The notes under the pieces were generated by a model, which searched no databases, was not told where the DNA came from, and saw only the letters and a program-made list of their open reading frames with translations. Below, one piece after another: positions 41,754-52,539 of a stretch of 64,000 nt of DNA. The stretch spans positions 128,001-192,000 of the forward strand of contig JBNGBT010000001.1 of NCBI GenBank assembly GCA_049903315.1, read 5' to 3'. Made by a program: the position numbers and the translations under genes. How positions within the stretch are numbered: the first letter of the stretch is position 1; every line of letters starts with the position of its first letter. The stretch is from Candidatus Cloacimonadota bacterium (GTDB taxonomy: Bacteria > Cloacimonadota > Cloacimonadia > JGIOTU-2).

Positions 41754-43031
41754 TTATTTCATCAGCACACATTTTTTCAATGCTTCGGTTTTACCATTCA
41801 CATTCAGTTTATAGAAATACAAACCGGATTTTACCGAATTTCCTGATTCATCTTCTCCATTCCATGATACTGAATGTTCACCTGTCGGTATCGCTTGATC
41901 AACTAGAGTTTTCACTTTCTGTCCTTTTAAGTTATAGATTATAATTTCTGTGTTCTTTGAGCTCTGTTGCGTGAAAAATACTATTTCAGTAGTTGTATTG
42001 AAAGGGTTAGGACTATTTTGTGAAAGCAAAGATTCCGCAGCCTGATTCGAAGGTTCATCTATTCCGACGGTTGTCCATGTACCTGATGAGAGGTCGTAGA
42101 TGCAAAGGTCAGCACATGCTGCACCAAATTCATCAAGGCCGCCATAAAGAATAAGTACAGAATCAGGCTGATAAAAAGCCATTCCAGCATGATATCGCGC
42201 GACAGGGCAATCAGGGAGTTGTGTCCATGTCTCAGTTGTCATATCAAATTCATAAAAATCTGGCAGAACACCCTTATCAGCATTCAGGCCGCCGTTAACC
42301 CACATTTTCCCACCTTGGTATGTCCCTGCTTGATATGCCCTTGCACCCGGGTTGGCGCCGGAAGTATACACATAGTGAAATTCGTTGTCATTGGGGAGAG
42401 TGTATTTACGCACATCGCTGCGGAAGTCATTCTGGTTCCATCTGACCCCTCCATATAGATAGAGATCATTATTATTCATTCCACCGCTTTGTCCTGCTGA
42501 AGGAGCATGTATTTCCTTTTCTGTCCAGGTGTTTGTTGACATATCGTAACTCCAGAAATCCATCTTATTAGAGCCACTCGCATCTGTGCCGCCATAGAGA
42601 TAAAGATCGTTGCCATCTCCGACGAGAGAATGGTCTTTACGCGCCACAGGCAAGGTTGTTCCACCCTGAGGCCATTCTGACCATGTGTTCGTATACGGGT
42701 TATAAGACCACAAACTATTACTTAATCCATATGTGCTCTGTCCACCATAAACATACATGACTGCATCCAGATATGCGGCCTGGTCCTTGCTTGCAGGAGG
42801 TGGATCAGTGATAGGGACTACATTATTCCATCCATTTGCATCATAAGCAAAAAGGTCATCTTTTAGGTCTCCCTGAGCGCCTTCTCCACCGAAAAGCATT
42901 ACTCGTCCATCAGGCAGAGTTACCATACCGTGTCCATGACGTGCTCCGGGGTGATCATCTTTTTGGCTGAGTAAAAACGAGTTGGGGAAAATGATCATGA
43001 GCATACAAATTATTATTGTTTTACATTTCAT
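41754..43031 (-). CDS. Secreted Kelch-repeat beta-propeller protein with T9SS/FlgD-Ig C-terminal domain
   Basis: Six Kelch units (LFGG, YVYGG, YLYGG, YLYGG, VNGG, LYGG with downstream W) and C-terminal QNSPNPFN...YNLKGQKV...WNG...GLYFY. Confidence 0.88.
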   Translation of the reverse strand: MKCKTIIICMLMIIFPNSFLLSQKDDHPGARHGHGMVTLPDGRVMLFGGEGAQGDLKDDLFAYDANGWNNVVPITDPPPASKDQAAYLDAVMYVYGGQSTYGLSNSLWSYNPYTNTWSEWPQGGTTLPVARKDHSLVGDGNDLYLYGGTDASGSNKMDFWSYDMSTNTWTEKEIHAPSAGQSGGMNNNDLYLYGGVRWNQNDFRSDVRKYTLPNDNEFHYVYTSGANPGARAYQAGTYQGGKMWVNGGLNADKGVLPDFYEFDMTTETWTQLPDCPVARYHAGMAFYQPDSVLILYGGLDEFGAACADLCIYDLSSGTWTTVGIDEPSNQAAESLLSQNSPNPFNTTTEIVFFTQQSSKNTEIIIYNLKGQKVKTLVDQAIPTGEHSVSWNGEDESGNSVKSGLYFYKLNVNGKTEALKKCVLMK

Positions 43032-43123
43032 TTTTGACTCCTCTGTTATTGATTTACTTCATTTAACTATATTTTCTGAATAATCATCAGATTTTAGTCA
43101 AGTATTAAAATTCATGTGAGTAT

Positions 43124-43154
43124 AAAAAAAACGCACACCGAGTTCGATGTGCGT
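43124..43154 (-). terminator. Probable intrinsic terminator after the third C25 gene
   Basis: ACGCACA...TGTGCGT stem with a U-run on the minus strand. Confidence 0.65.
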
Positions 43155-43181
43155 CTAACATATATCGTAATAGTGCGGAGA

Positions 43182-46100
43182 TTATTTCATTAAGACCATT
43201 TTCTTTGTGATTTGCTTTTCGCTGGTTTCAAGCTTGTAGAAATACACGCCGTTGGCAACGGTTTTATCATGGTTATCTTTGCCATCCCATACAAAGTCCA
43301 TAACAGTTCCTTTCGGGCTTGTTTCCGGGACGAATGTTTTCACGAGTTGCCCTTTGATGTTATATATCTTCAACTCAGCCTTATGCGAATTTGCAGGAAG
43401 TGAGAAGGAAATAGTTGTTGAAGCAGTAACAGGATTTGGGAAATTCTGGTCGAGTTTGAATTGACTGATCATATAAGGATCGTCATTCGAGGTCATGGGA
43501 ATTTCATAACTGGAAGTGGGATCACCAATGAGAATATCATCAACATGGATACCGTCTTCTTGAACATAACCGTCTGAATCCATATAGAATCGGACATAAA
43601 CCTGTGGCTCACCTGCGAAATCAGAAAGGTCGGATGTTTCTGCCACCCAATCTACTTGTGTGCCGTCATAGAGCGGTTCCCCAGTTGGTTGGTAACTTCC
43701 TGTGCCGGGCTCCGTGTATTCACCTTCAAGTGCTGTCCATGTAGTTCCATTTGTCGATGCCTGTACTTGGGCATAGTCATAGTTGGGTTCTATATCCCAT
43801 TTTACATTGAAGTACAAGCTTGCACTGCCTTCCAGGCTGCTCAGATTGATGGGATTTGTGAGCTGCAAAATAGCCGTTGTCCAGGAAGGATAACTACCAC
43901 CGGGGCTGTCTGTAAAGGAATGGGTTGGTGAAACATAGTCTTCTTCAGTTGCTCCCCAATCAGCAGAAGTCCATTGAGCAGTGCCATCTTCTGCATCATC
44001 AAAGAGTTGTGCAAACCCAAGATGATAATCATATTGTGCATCACCGCTTACTGTCAATGTTCCAACATAAGGGACATGACCTTCGGCAGTGACATAGAGA
44101 TTATATGTAAAGTTTGGAAGGCTGACTTCATAGCTTCCTGCAGATGACTGTACAGAAGCAAATTCCTCGCCGTTATCTATTCGCAAATATGAAAGTGTCG
44201 CATTGTTTATCATCATGAAATCATTAAAGACATTCCCCGAAATGAATCCGCTCTCTACTGGATCTAGTACGATATCATGTGCATTCGAACCGTATCCTAA
44301 GAAATAATTGAATTCCTGGTAGGGATCATAGCCCCATTTGTTTATATAAATATCATAGTATTCTACCGCATAGTCTTCGGAAGATGAGTAAATTCCGGAT
44401 GCATCTGTCGTTGAAATAAATACAGGATCATCTTGATTAGGATTAGCTCCGTGTTCATAGAAGCTGACTTCAGCATTGGATACAAGAGAGCCGTTTTGAC
44501 TTTCTGTGACTATGCCGGACACATTTCCATATGCAACGATTACAGGGAAGATCTCTTGATATATATTATATCCTGATTTCGCAATGATTGCATCCACTGG
44601 AGTCAGTGTCGAAGGTGTGACATTATACGTGATGTCGTCAGCAGCACTGAATCCTCCGCCATCGACATTCACCCATAAAGTATAATTATCTTCATCAGCA
44701 GAAGCTTCAATTGTGCCTTCGAGGTTCAATGCAAATGTGTCTGCAAGACCAAAGTCTGTGGTCACGTTCAAACTCGGATTGGTCAGATCAAGCGCAGTGA
44801 CATCCACCTCTTCATGGAAAAGATAATAATCATCGCCCGGATTCTTTCCATATATCTGAAGTGTGGGACCATAATTGTAGTTCACATTAAGAACTGCTGT
44901 ACCTGTAACATCAGTAACTTCTGTTGCAGAGGTATAATTCAGCCCTTCTGCCCATACATCTACTCCAACCTGAGGTGAAATGCTGTCCGGTGCCATAACT
45001 TCGACAGTAACCAGCGACTGGGTATTGACATTGATCGTACCGGGATTAATGGTTACGACACTTGCAGTAACTATAATGTCACCTACATATTTATGATAAT
45101 TGTGGGCAACGACTGCAATATGAAGAATTCCTGCTTCACTTGGAACTGTATCAAATATAAGTGTGCCTGTTCCGAGGATATTGATCTGAGCATATCCGTA
45201 AATTGTATCATCGTCATATACAACGACTCTGGATCCGGCAGGAGCTGAAATATCTATTTGCGGGACACCAGCCATTATGGTTTGAGGATAAACCGGTACG
45301 AGTAATGACGGTTCGGCAGTCCATAATTCGAGTGCAGGATCGCCAAGCTCGTTAAGTTGGTAATAGCACCATCTTATGAGTTCGTCGGTGTTAATAAAGG
45401 GGAGGGTTTGCTCTTTGGAAAGCTGATTTGCTCCGCTGACAGAGTAAACACCTGTATCAAAATAGACATCGATATACTGTCTATGGAAATGCTGAGATGC
45501 ACCATCTGTTCCACCTTGCTGTCCCCATCCATACCTGCTGTTTCCGACGAATGAAGATGCAGCTGTAGACATATTAGTAATAATTTCGTAGAAGCAGTCT
45601 GAGCCATAATAGCCCGATGAAGTTCTGTTATCTATTGAGCCGGAATAACATGCTTGAGAATATCCATTATAGAAGTTGTGAGTAATACCATCGTTGGTAA
45701 GATTATAGGTTGTAAGATCGCCATTATCGATATTCAGGCAGTGTGTTGTGGAGCCGTGTCCGAGGTGATTAAGGAAATTCGGTCCAAGATTCAATTCATT
45801 ATAGAGATCGCTTGAAGACCAGTTATAGTTTATCTGGTAGAGTGTTGTTACCGCCCAGCTGCCAGGGATTCCTACAGTTGTGTAGCCATTTGAAGAACTT
45901 CCTATGAGGAGTTCATTCATATACGTACCGCCGTAGGTGCCTGGCCAAAGATTTTCACCAACCATCAGAGAAGATTCGAGATCACCCAAAATAGGTGATT
46001 CCAGGTATCTCTGGATCTTATTTATTTGATTTGCAATCTCAGTGCTGTTATTTGCGGCTATTCTGCCGATATACACTTCTGCAAGCATGTCGGCTTCATT

Positions 46101-47117
46101 CTCTTCACCCCACAAAGAATTGTTGTTATTATTCCAATCAGGACCTATTCCTGCTGCTGCAGTACGGTCAAGACAGCCATAATACATATCTGCGGGAATG
46201 TCGTCGTCCTCATAGCCGTAGCCCGGATCAACATACATACCCCTATCAGGTATGATGTCAGTATCTGCACCCATGAGCACATATTTGACAGGATAGTCAG
46301 TATATTCTGCAATCACATAGTTTCTGATCTGATCTCCGACATCCACACCCGGATAATTGAGCATAATATCACTCACAAGAGTGATCGTTGATTTCAGTCC
46401 TCTCATTGCGTGGAAATCTGCAAGTGGCTGAAAATCGTCCTCGAAGCTGCTACTGGTAATGATGATATAATCATATCCGTCAGCTTTTGTTTGGGGAACG
46501 GTATAAGTGCCAAGCATGTCAATATTATCCACAAGTGCAGCAAGTCTGGTTTCTATTTCAGGATTATTGTGTAAAAATTTTTGAGCATTTTCTGCTGCTG
46601 CATCATAGGATGTTTCAAGTGTGACAACTGCCTTTTTGTAATAACTCAGCTCCTTTGTTGAAGGCATATAGGAAAGGGGAGTAACTGCAAAAGAACCGAT
46701 AGAATATCCTGCGAGATAATGAGTAGTATAATCATTATACTGCTTGGTTGGGAAAGGTGAATCACTTGAATAAATAGTCTGGTCCGGAGGAGTGAATTCT
46801 GCCTGATCTAATAATGAAAGGGGCATGGGTTGTTGCTTGGGATAAATGGTGTAGTTTCCAAGAGGAGTTTTTTCAAAGAATTCAATTGTGATATCAGAAA
46901 CAGCCTGCATTTGAGGAAGAAGGAGATTGATGCCAATATAGGGCAATGAGGGTTCGCCGGGATTTCCAAGATGGTAACTATCTTCCAATTGAAGAATGGC
47001 ATATTCACCATCGATTTCTACTTCTGGAGCATCAAAGTAATAGGTCTTTGTTATCATATCTGCAAAACTGATGGATGTAATAAAAAGAATGATGATTAGA
47101 ATACTAATTTTTTTCAT
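43182..47117 (-). CDS. C25 (gingipain-family) cysteine peptidase, neither Rgp- nor Kgp-type, with propeptide, Ig stalk, immune-inhibitor-A-like jelly-roll domain and C-terminal sorting domain
   Basis: Signal peptide, GNPGEPSLP propeptide, EVYIGRI, catalytic HLGHG and SQACYSG, LGDP, and C-terminal QNFPNP...GVYFYKL. Confidence 0.88.
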   Translation of the reverse strand: MKKISILIIILFITSISFADMITKTYYFDAPEVEIDGEYAILQLEDSYHLGNPGEPSLPYIGINLLLPQMQAVSDITIEFFEKTPLGNYTIYPKQQPMPLSLLDQAEFTPPDQTIYSSDSPFPTKQYNDYTTHYLAGYSIGSFAVTPLSYMPSTKELSYYKKAVVTLETSYDAAAENAQKFLHNNPEIETRLAALVDNIDMLGTYTVPQTKADGYDYIIITSSSFEDDFQPLADFHAMRGLKSTITLVSDIMLNYPGVDVGDQIRNYVIAEYTDYPVKYVLMGADTDIIPDRGMYVDPGYGYEDDDIPADMYYGCLDRTAAAGIGPDWNNNNNSLWGEENEADMLAEVYIGRIAANNSTEIANQINKIQRYLESPILGDLESSLMVGENLWPGTYGGTYMNELLIGSSSNGYTTVGIPGSWAVTTLYQINYNWSSSDLYNELNLGPNFLNHLGHGSTTHCLNIDNGDLTTYNLTNDGITHNFYNGYSQACYSGSIDNRTSSGYYGSDCFYEIITNMSTAASSFVGNSRYGWGQQGGTDGASQHFHRQYIDVYFDTGVYSVSGANQLSKEQTLPFINTDELIRWCYYQLNELGDPALELWTAEPSLLVPVYPQTIMAGVPQIDISAPAGSRVVVYDDDTIYGYAQINILGTGTLIFDTVPSEAGILHIAVVAHNYHKYVGDIIVTASVVTINPGTINVNTQSLVTVEVMAPDSISPQVGVDVWAEGLNYTSATEVTDVTGTAVLNVNYNYGPTLQIYGKNPGDDYYLFHEEVDVTALDLTNPSLNVTTDFGLADTFALNLEGTIEASADEDNYTLWVNVDGGGFSAADDITYNVTPSTLTPVDAIIAKSGYNIYQEIFPVIVAYGNVSGIVTESQNGSLVSNAEVSFYEHGANPNQDDPVFISTTDASGIYSSSEDYAVEYYDIYINKWGYDPYQEFNYFLGYGSNAHDIVLDPVESGFISGNVFNDFMMINNATLSYLRIDNGEEFASVQSSAGSYEVSLPNFTYNLYVTAEGHVPYVGTLTVSGDAQYDYHLGFAQLFDDAEDGTAQWTSADWGATEEDYVSPTHSFTDSPGGSYPSWTTAILQLTNPINLSSLEGSASLYFNVKWDIEPNYDYAQVQASTNGTTWTALEGEYTEPGTGSYQPTGEPLYDGTQVDWVAETSDLSDFAGEPQVYVRFYMDSDGYVQEDGIHVDDILIGDPTSSYEIPMTSNDDPYMISQFKLDQNFPNPVTASTTISFSLPANSHKAELKIYNIKGQLVKTFVPETSPKGTVMDFVWDGKDNHDKTVANGVYFYKLETSEKQITKKMVLMK

Positions 47118-47141
47118 ACTGATGTCCTTACTTTTATTTTT

Positions 47142-48578
47142 TTATTTTTCTAATTTTCCATTTTTAAAAATAATTTTATTATCAACTTTAATGGTTTTAT
47201 CAAGCATATAGAATTGTGCGATCATATTAGAGTCAATATTGCTGGCTTCGAGTTCGTCCCAGCCAACCTGCAAAGTGAGCGCACCAAATATTTTTGTATT
47301 AATGTATGGATGGTAAATATTTTTATGAAGTGCAGGATTCATCCCTATTGTGAACGAGCCAACAAGTTTTTTGTCTCCGGTGGCATTTTTGAAAAGGGTT
47401 TGAAGTTTCTCATCATCTTCTTTTGCCTTCATCTTTGTAATCTTATTTTCATGAATTGTGATGTCAACATCTTCAAAGAGTGTATCATAGAGATAAGCAA
47501 AATCTGTGTGGAATTTCCCATTGATCATGCCTTTTTCAAGCAAGCCGACAACCAGTCCACCAGGAAGTTCGGAGTCAGTGGCAAGAGAATTTGCAATTCC
47601 ATCTTTTATCTGAAGAACTCGTTCCTCGGGAAGTTTCATGTCGAGCAGACTCCCGTTCCCATCTTCAATGGAAATTGTGTTGGATGTTGCAAGAAGATCC
47701 TTGACCCGAAGACAGTTCTTCGTGAGTTCTTTAGGTTCTTCATTGAGTGCCCGCCAGTACATCTCACTTCTCAGTTCAGCATCAGCTTTCTGAAAATTAT
47801 TATATATCGTATCTATTGTAAGGAAGCGGACATCGGTTTCGTAGGTTTTGCGCACATTTTCCCGTTTTGCTTCTTCGATAAGATTGCTTTTTTCGATAAG
47901 CTCTTCACTGAGCGTTTCATCTTCAATCTCATCGAGGAATTCTCCGGAAAAGATAATATGGGCATCAGCTTCATTAATAAGAAAATCACTTATGACATCC
48001 TTGGTTGCACAGGTAAGGGGTACATGACGGATGAAGTTATACTCCATCCGCTTCGTCCAGAAAACAGGTATTGCATAAGCTCCCTGACGAGCAATTTCCA
48101 CCATAAGATCTTCGACCAGCTTCCTGTGCATGGGCTGGTAACTTATTACCACTTTTTCATTTTCTTTTATAGCAAGGTTGTGAGTAATAATCTTATGTGC
48201 AATATCCCTGAAACTGATTTTGATGACTTGTTCTCTTCGCCATTCATCAATTTCCTGGCTGAGCACAGCATGAATGACATTGGATTTTTTTAAATTAACT
48301 TCACCAAGTGAAACGTCAACGAAATAATTCCTTGCAACAGCACGATAATATTTTTTAATCGTGCCACGGACATGTTCAGATTCGACCAATTCTATAAGTC
48401 CAGCACTTTCAAGCTGTTGCATGTCATACCAAAGTGCATTGGGTTTGATGTTGAATTTCAATGCAAGTTCTTGTGCCGTATATTCTCTGTCAACCATGTG
48501 GCGAAGAATTTTCAAACGTCTATCAGAGGACAGGGTCTTGATTCCTTCGAGCGTTGAGATATAAAAAATTTCCTGCAT
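47142..48578 (-). CDS. ArsR-type winged-HTH regulator fused to an M29 (thermophilic metallo-aminopeptidase)-like domain lacking metal ligands
   Basis: N-terminal RLKIL...TAQELA...LESAGLIEL...KYY. M29-like segments IAHKIITHNLAIKENEKVVI, ELPGGLV, INGKF, VGSFTIGMNP, NTKIFGALTLQVG and IKVDNKIIFKNG. Confidence 0.8.
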   Translation of the reverse strand: MQEIFYISTLEGIKTLSSDRRLKILRHMVDREYTAQELALKFNIKPNALWYDMQQLESAGLIELVESEHVRGTIKKYYRAVARNYFVDVSLGEVNLKKSNVIHAVLSQEIDEWRREQVIKISFRDIAHKIITHNLAIKENEKVVISYQPMHRKLVEDLMVEIARQGAYAIPVFWTKRMEYNFIRHVPLTCATKDVISDFLINEADAHIIFSGEFLDEIEDETLSEELIEKSNLIEEAKRENVRKTYETDVRFLTIDTIYNNFQKADAELRSEMYWRALNEEPKELTKNCLRVKDLLATSNTISIEDGNGSLLDMKLPEERVLQIKDGIANSLATDSELPGGLVVGLLEKGMINGKFHTDFAYLYDTLFEDVDITIHENKITKMKAKEDDEKLQTLFKNATGDKKLVGSFTIGMNPALHKNIYHPYINTKIFGALTLQVGWDELEASNIDSNMIAQFYMLDKTIKVDNKIIFKNGKLEK

Positions 48579-48609
48579 AAATTACACTTTCTTCATACTT
48601 CAGAAGTGA

Positions 48610-48637
48610 ACTTGCGGGAGTATTTCATCCCGCAAGT
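48610..48637 (-). terminator. Stem-loop between the Rgp-like gene and the regulator (weak terminator or mRNA stabiliser)
   Basis: ACTTGCGGGA...TCCCGCAAGT 10-bp stem with no strong U-tract. Confidence 0.45.
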
Positions 48638-48648
48638 CATTTTATTAT

Positions 48649-51600
48649 TTACTGCAATAAGAGTAATTTCTTCGTAATTTCTTTCTTGTCAGTAGTGAGT
48701 CTATAGAAATAAACTCCGTTTGCTACTGGTTTGTTTACATTATCCTTACAATCCCATTCGAAAGTGAAGAGAGGTCCTTCATCGATATTGGGAGTGAAGG
48801 TTTTCACAAGTTGCCCTTTCACATTATAAATGGAAAGTTCTGCTGTCTGAATATTCTGCGGAAGTGCAAAGGAGAAGGTCGTGGAATTGTGTACAGGATT
48901 TGGGAAGTTCTGATGCAGCGATACTATTTCAGTAGGGCGAGGATCGTCGTTACTGACTATTGGAATTTCATAACTTGTGCTTGGATCGCCGATGAGTACA
49001 TCGTCTATATACCAGCCATAATATGTATGCACCGAATAGTCAGATGCAAATGTCCAGCGCAATGTTGCCGTGTTACCGGCATGAGCTGAAAGGTCAAATT
49101 CAACCTGCTCCCAATCGGCAATCTGACCACCGAAGCCCGGAGCACTCAGAGCGCTGATATTGCCGCTGTAACCGCCCTCAGGTGTGATGAGATTATAACC
49201 TACTCCGCCATTTGTGGAGATCGTAACATTTCCGCCATCATACAGAGTTGAGGTCCCTTCGAAATTATAATAATGCCAGAAATAAAGTGTGGCGTCTGCA
49301 GGAACAGTGAATTCTGGAGAGTACAGGAACCAGTCCACATTATCCTGATAGGTTCCTCCAAGAACTGTTCCCCAGAGATTTATTCCGGAGTGAGCAGTGA
49401 TACCACCGGCAGTTGGTTGTCCCCACTGCCATCCACTCGGATCACTGCTTACAAAATTCCCATCATTTGGCTCAAAATCAGAAAAGAGAGTTGCATAGCC
49501 AAGATGATAATCAATGATCATATCACCATTCACAAGCAAACTGCCTGAATATGGAACGTATCCCTGTGCAGAGACATAGATATTGTAGTTGAAATGCGGA
49601 AGAGAGACACTATACGCTCCATAAGAGATATCTGAAACTGCATACTCGTCTCCATTATCCGATCTATAATAATGTATGGTACCATTTGCAATATTTGCAA
49701 AGTCACCGTAAACGGTGCCGGACACATTTCCACTTTCAACCGGATCAAGCTGCATATCATGAGAATTTGCCCCATACCCGAGGAAGTAGCTAAGTTCCTG
49801 ATAGGGATTAAATCCCCAATGGTCTATATAAATATCGTAATTATCAACAGCTTGCTCGGAAGGTACATTGTAAAATCCAGAAGAGTTTGTCGTTGCAATG
49901 AAAAGAGGATCATCTTCAGGAACTGCACCTTCTTCATAGAAGCGCACCTCTGCATTAGAGATCGCAGTGCCGTTATCACTATCAGTGAGTGTTCCGGAAA
50001 CAGTGCCAAATGCCACAATTACTGTGAAATCTTCTTCATAAATATTGTACCCGGATTTCGAGATTATTGAATGAACGTTTCCCAATTCATCAGGGGTCAT
50101 TAACAACGAGCTGCCGGCTGTGTTTGCGTAGCCATTTTCATTCAGCTTTGCCCAGAGTGTTGTCCCGTCGTCAGTGCAGTACTGGTTGATAGACGCTTCC
50201 ATGTTCATAGCAAGGGTGTCATACAATCCAAAGGTCGTTGTCACATCAATATCAGGATCTGTTAAGCTGAGAGCATTTACCGTGAGTGATTCATCGAAGA
50301 GGAGGTAATCTTCATCAGGTCGTTGACCGCAGATTTGAAGCGCAGGTCCAAATTGATAATTGATAGAAAGTACTGCCTCTCCATTTGAATCAGTGGCTAT
50401 CACTGAAGATGTATAATCGAGTCCTTCTGCCCATACATTTACGCCTACTTCAGGATTGATGCCATCGCTGTCCATAACGGTCACAGTAACATTTGTTGCC
50501 TGATTGACATTAATAATATGAGGAGTGATATCTACCTGAACTGGGACGATCGCATCAAGAAGTGCGGTATAAGGTATTGTATTGTAAGCAGTGACGGTTA
50601 GGGTCATTTGTCCGGGAGTCACCAGCGGCTCATCGAGAGTAATAGTTGCATGACCAGTGAAATCTGTATTACCGTAACCATACAGAGTGCCATCCATATA
50701 CAACCCGATAAGTGCGCCTTCAATGCCGACCACTTCGACGTCATAAGTAGTTGAGCCGAGGGGGATAATAGGATTATGATTCACTGTCATTAATGCTGGA
50801 GTATCTGTTCGAAGTTTTACTGAGGGATCTCCGAAAACTGTCCAGTACTGAAATTCGTTTGTTCCGCCAGATGGATTTTCATCCATCATTTGCATTGCAC
50901 CACTGAAAAAATAGTTACCGACAGTCGTGACTTTTTCATTTGCAAGGAACATATTTGCGTGATACTCAGCGATCATAGGTGGGAGCCAGCTCTGACTGAT
51001 AACTGATGCATACACGCCAATCGAGCCGGTTGGAATTCCGCTCGAATTATTTGTGGCACGTGCCCATGCTTCAGCAAAACAGGTGGAGCCGGTGAAATTA
51101 CCATTCAAACAGGCAACACACAGGACTGTGGGATACATATAATTATTAGTAAGTGAATTAATATTTGTGGTTGAGAATCCGGTTGTGCCCCAAGATGTTG
51201 TTGAGCCATGACCGCAGTAATTAACAACACTGCGCCCATTATTTATTGCGTTGGCCACATCAGAAGCTGTTCCTGACGGATCATAGATCTGGTCTACCGA
51301 GGTGTAGTTCCATGCAAGTAATGAATCGCGGATGTGATCCATCATAACATAGTCAGCCCAGCCATTATATCCAATACCTGAACCTTGAGAAGAAGCTACA
51401 CCGACACCTTTATGCATCCAGTCACCGGAAATAAATGGATCAGATTCATAGTAGAGCACGCGGTTGACCTGGGTTTCTACATGTGTGCCGGTCTCAGCCG
51501 AGAATCTCCCGACAAATGCATCAGGATAAGAATCTCCGCCCTCAAGGCAGGCATACAAAGGATCTTTATTGTTTTCGCAGGGAACAACTTGCGGAGCATC

Positions 51601-52527
51601 ACCTACAATAAGAATGAAGGCAAGATTCCATGTGTTATAGAGATTTTGAATGTAATTTTTGATGGCGGTATAGTTATTTCCAATAGTGCCTACATTCACC
51701 ATCTGGGTTGGAATACCCTTTTTATTTTTCCATTCATACAAGGGCTGCATTTCGTCTGCAAAATCATCATAAGTAATAATGACCATTGATCCGACTGCAG
51801 GTGTGGGAACGTGTCTGTGATACTGTGACGCACGTTCATAATTTATGAATTGGGTTTTATACACCTCAAGAAATGAAGCAGCTACACTCTCGCATTCAAA
51901 TAAACCCTTATCCTTCACATTGACATCACTATAACCATTCTCAGTCACTTTGATGTTTATAGTAGTGTACACACGAAGTTTGTGCTGTACAGGATTATAT
52001 TGAAAGGGTTGCACTTGAATGACCATTCCGCGTGCATCCCGCAAAATGTAAGGATCTCCAGCAAAAGCGATCTCCTGCGGATACCACACATCTTCATTAT
52101 ATATAGGATCAAATGTGTACGGTACATCTTCAGGATTGATTTCACGAGAGAAGTTTCCTTTTGAAGGGATCACGTAGATATTTTCAAATTCTTCATATTG
52201 AGAGTTTACGACAGCAACTTCCATATTTGAGCGTGGAGGAATAAGGACACTTCTATTAATATGCGGAAGTTCCGGATATCCCCGATTAAGAAGAATGCCT
52301 TCATGAGGTATGATGATTTGCGAGTATTCTTTTCCATCAATCAGCACTTCTTCTTTATTAAAACCATTGATTGAATATGTGAGATCAATGAGGTTATCAT
52401 TTGATGTGAGCACCTCGACCTCAACGGCATTTTCTTTGTCGCCATTGAGCGGTATCCATGTGTGCTGTCCTGCAAATAGAGAAGATGCAAGAAGCAGTAG
52501 ACTAATAAGAATGACAAATTTTTTCAT
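48649..52527 (-). CDS. Arg-gingipain (Rgp)-like C25 cysteine peptidase with propeptide, stalk and C-terminal sorting domain
   Basis: GDPYILRD propeptide, FVGRFSAE, NYCGHGSTTSWGTT, VACLNGNF, CFAEAW, QSWLPPM and WTVFGDPS, recognisably like RgpB motifs. Confidence 0.9.
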   Translation of the reverse strand: MKKFVILISLLLLASSLFAGQHTWIPLNGDKENAVEVEVLTSNDNLIDLTYSINGFNKEEVLIDGKEYSQIIIPHEGILLNRGYPELPHINRSVLIPPRSNMEVAVVNSQYEEFENIYVIPSKGNFSREINPEDVPYTFDPIYNEDVWYPQEIAFAGDPYILRDARGMVIQVQPFQYNPVQHKLRVYTTINIKVTENGYSDVNVKDKGLFECESVAASFLEVYKTQFINYERASQYHRHVPTPAVGSMVIITYDDFADEMQPLYEWKNKKGIPTQMVNVGTIGNNYTAIKNYIQNLYNTWNLAFILIVGDAPQVVPCENNKDPLYACLEGGDSYPDAFVGRFSAETGTHVETQVNRVLYYESDPFISGDWMHKGVGVASSQGSGIGYNGWADYVMMDHIRDSLLAWNYTSVDQIYDPSGTASDVANAINNGRSVVNYCGHGSTTSWGTTGFSTTNINSLTNNYMYPTVLCVACLNGNFTGSTCFAEAWARATNNSSGIPTGSIGVYASVISQSWLPPMIAEYHANMFLANEKVTTVGNYFFSGAMQMMDENPSGGTNEFQYWTVFGDPSVKLRTDTPALMTVNHNPIIPLGSTTYDVEVVGIEGALIGLYMDGTLYGYGNTDFTGHATITLDEPLVTPGQMTLTVTAYNTIPYTALLDAIVPVQVDITPHIINVNQATNVTVTVMDSDGINPEVGVNVWAEGLDYTSSVIATDSNGEAVLSINYQFGPALQICGQRPDEDYLLFDESLTVNALSLTDPDIDVTTTFGLYDTLAMNMEASINQYCTDDGTTLWAKLNENGYANTAGSSLLMTPDELGNVHSIISKSGYNIYEEDFTVIVAFGTVSGTLTDSDNGTAISNAEVRFYEEGAVPEDDPLFIATTNSSGFYNVPSEQAVDNYDIYIDHWGFNPYQELSYFLGYGANSHDMQLDPVESGNVSGTVYGDFANIANGTIHYYRSDNGDEYAVSDISYGAYSVSLPHFNYNIYVSAQGYVPYSGSLLVNGDMIIDYHLGYATLFSDFEPNDGNFVSSDPSGWQWGQPTAGGITAHSGINLWGTVLGGTYQDNVDWFLYSPEFTVPADATLYFWHYYNFEGTSTLYDGGNVTISTNGGVGYNLITPEGGYSGNISALSAPGFGGQIADWEQVEFDLSAHAGNTATLRWTFASDYSVHTYYGWYIDDVLIGDPSTSYEIPIVSNDDPRPTEIVSLHQNFPNPVHNSTTFSFALPQNIQTAELSIYNVKGQLVKTFTPNIDEGPLFTFEWDCKDNVNKPVANGVYFYRLTTDKKEITKKLLLLQ

Positions 52528-52539
52528 TGAGGGTCCTCC

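Noticed and set aside
47214..48293. 359-aa plus-strand ORF antisense to the HTH-M29 gene
   Set aside because: Shadow ORF: Phe/Ile/Cys-rich, no motifs, no RBS, and it fully overlaps a well-supported gene.
48590..48610. ACTTC-A-GAAGT palindrome as operator of the HTH-M29 regulator
   Set aside because: Too short, and I found no convincing second copy upstream of the protease genes.
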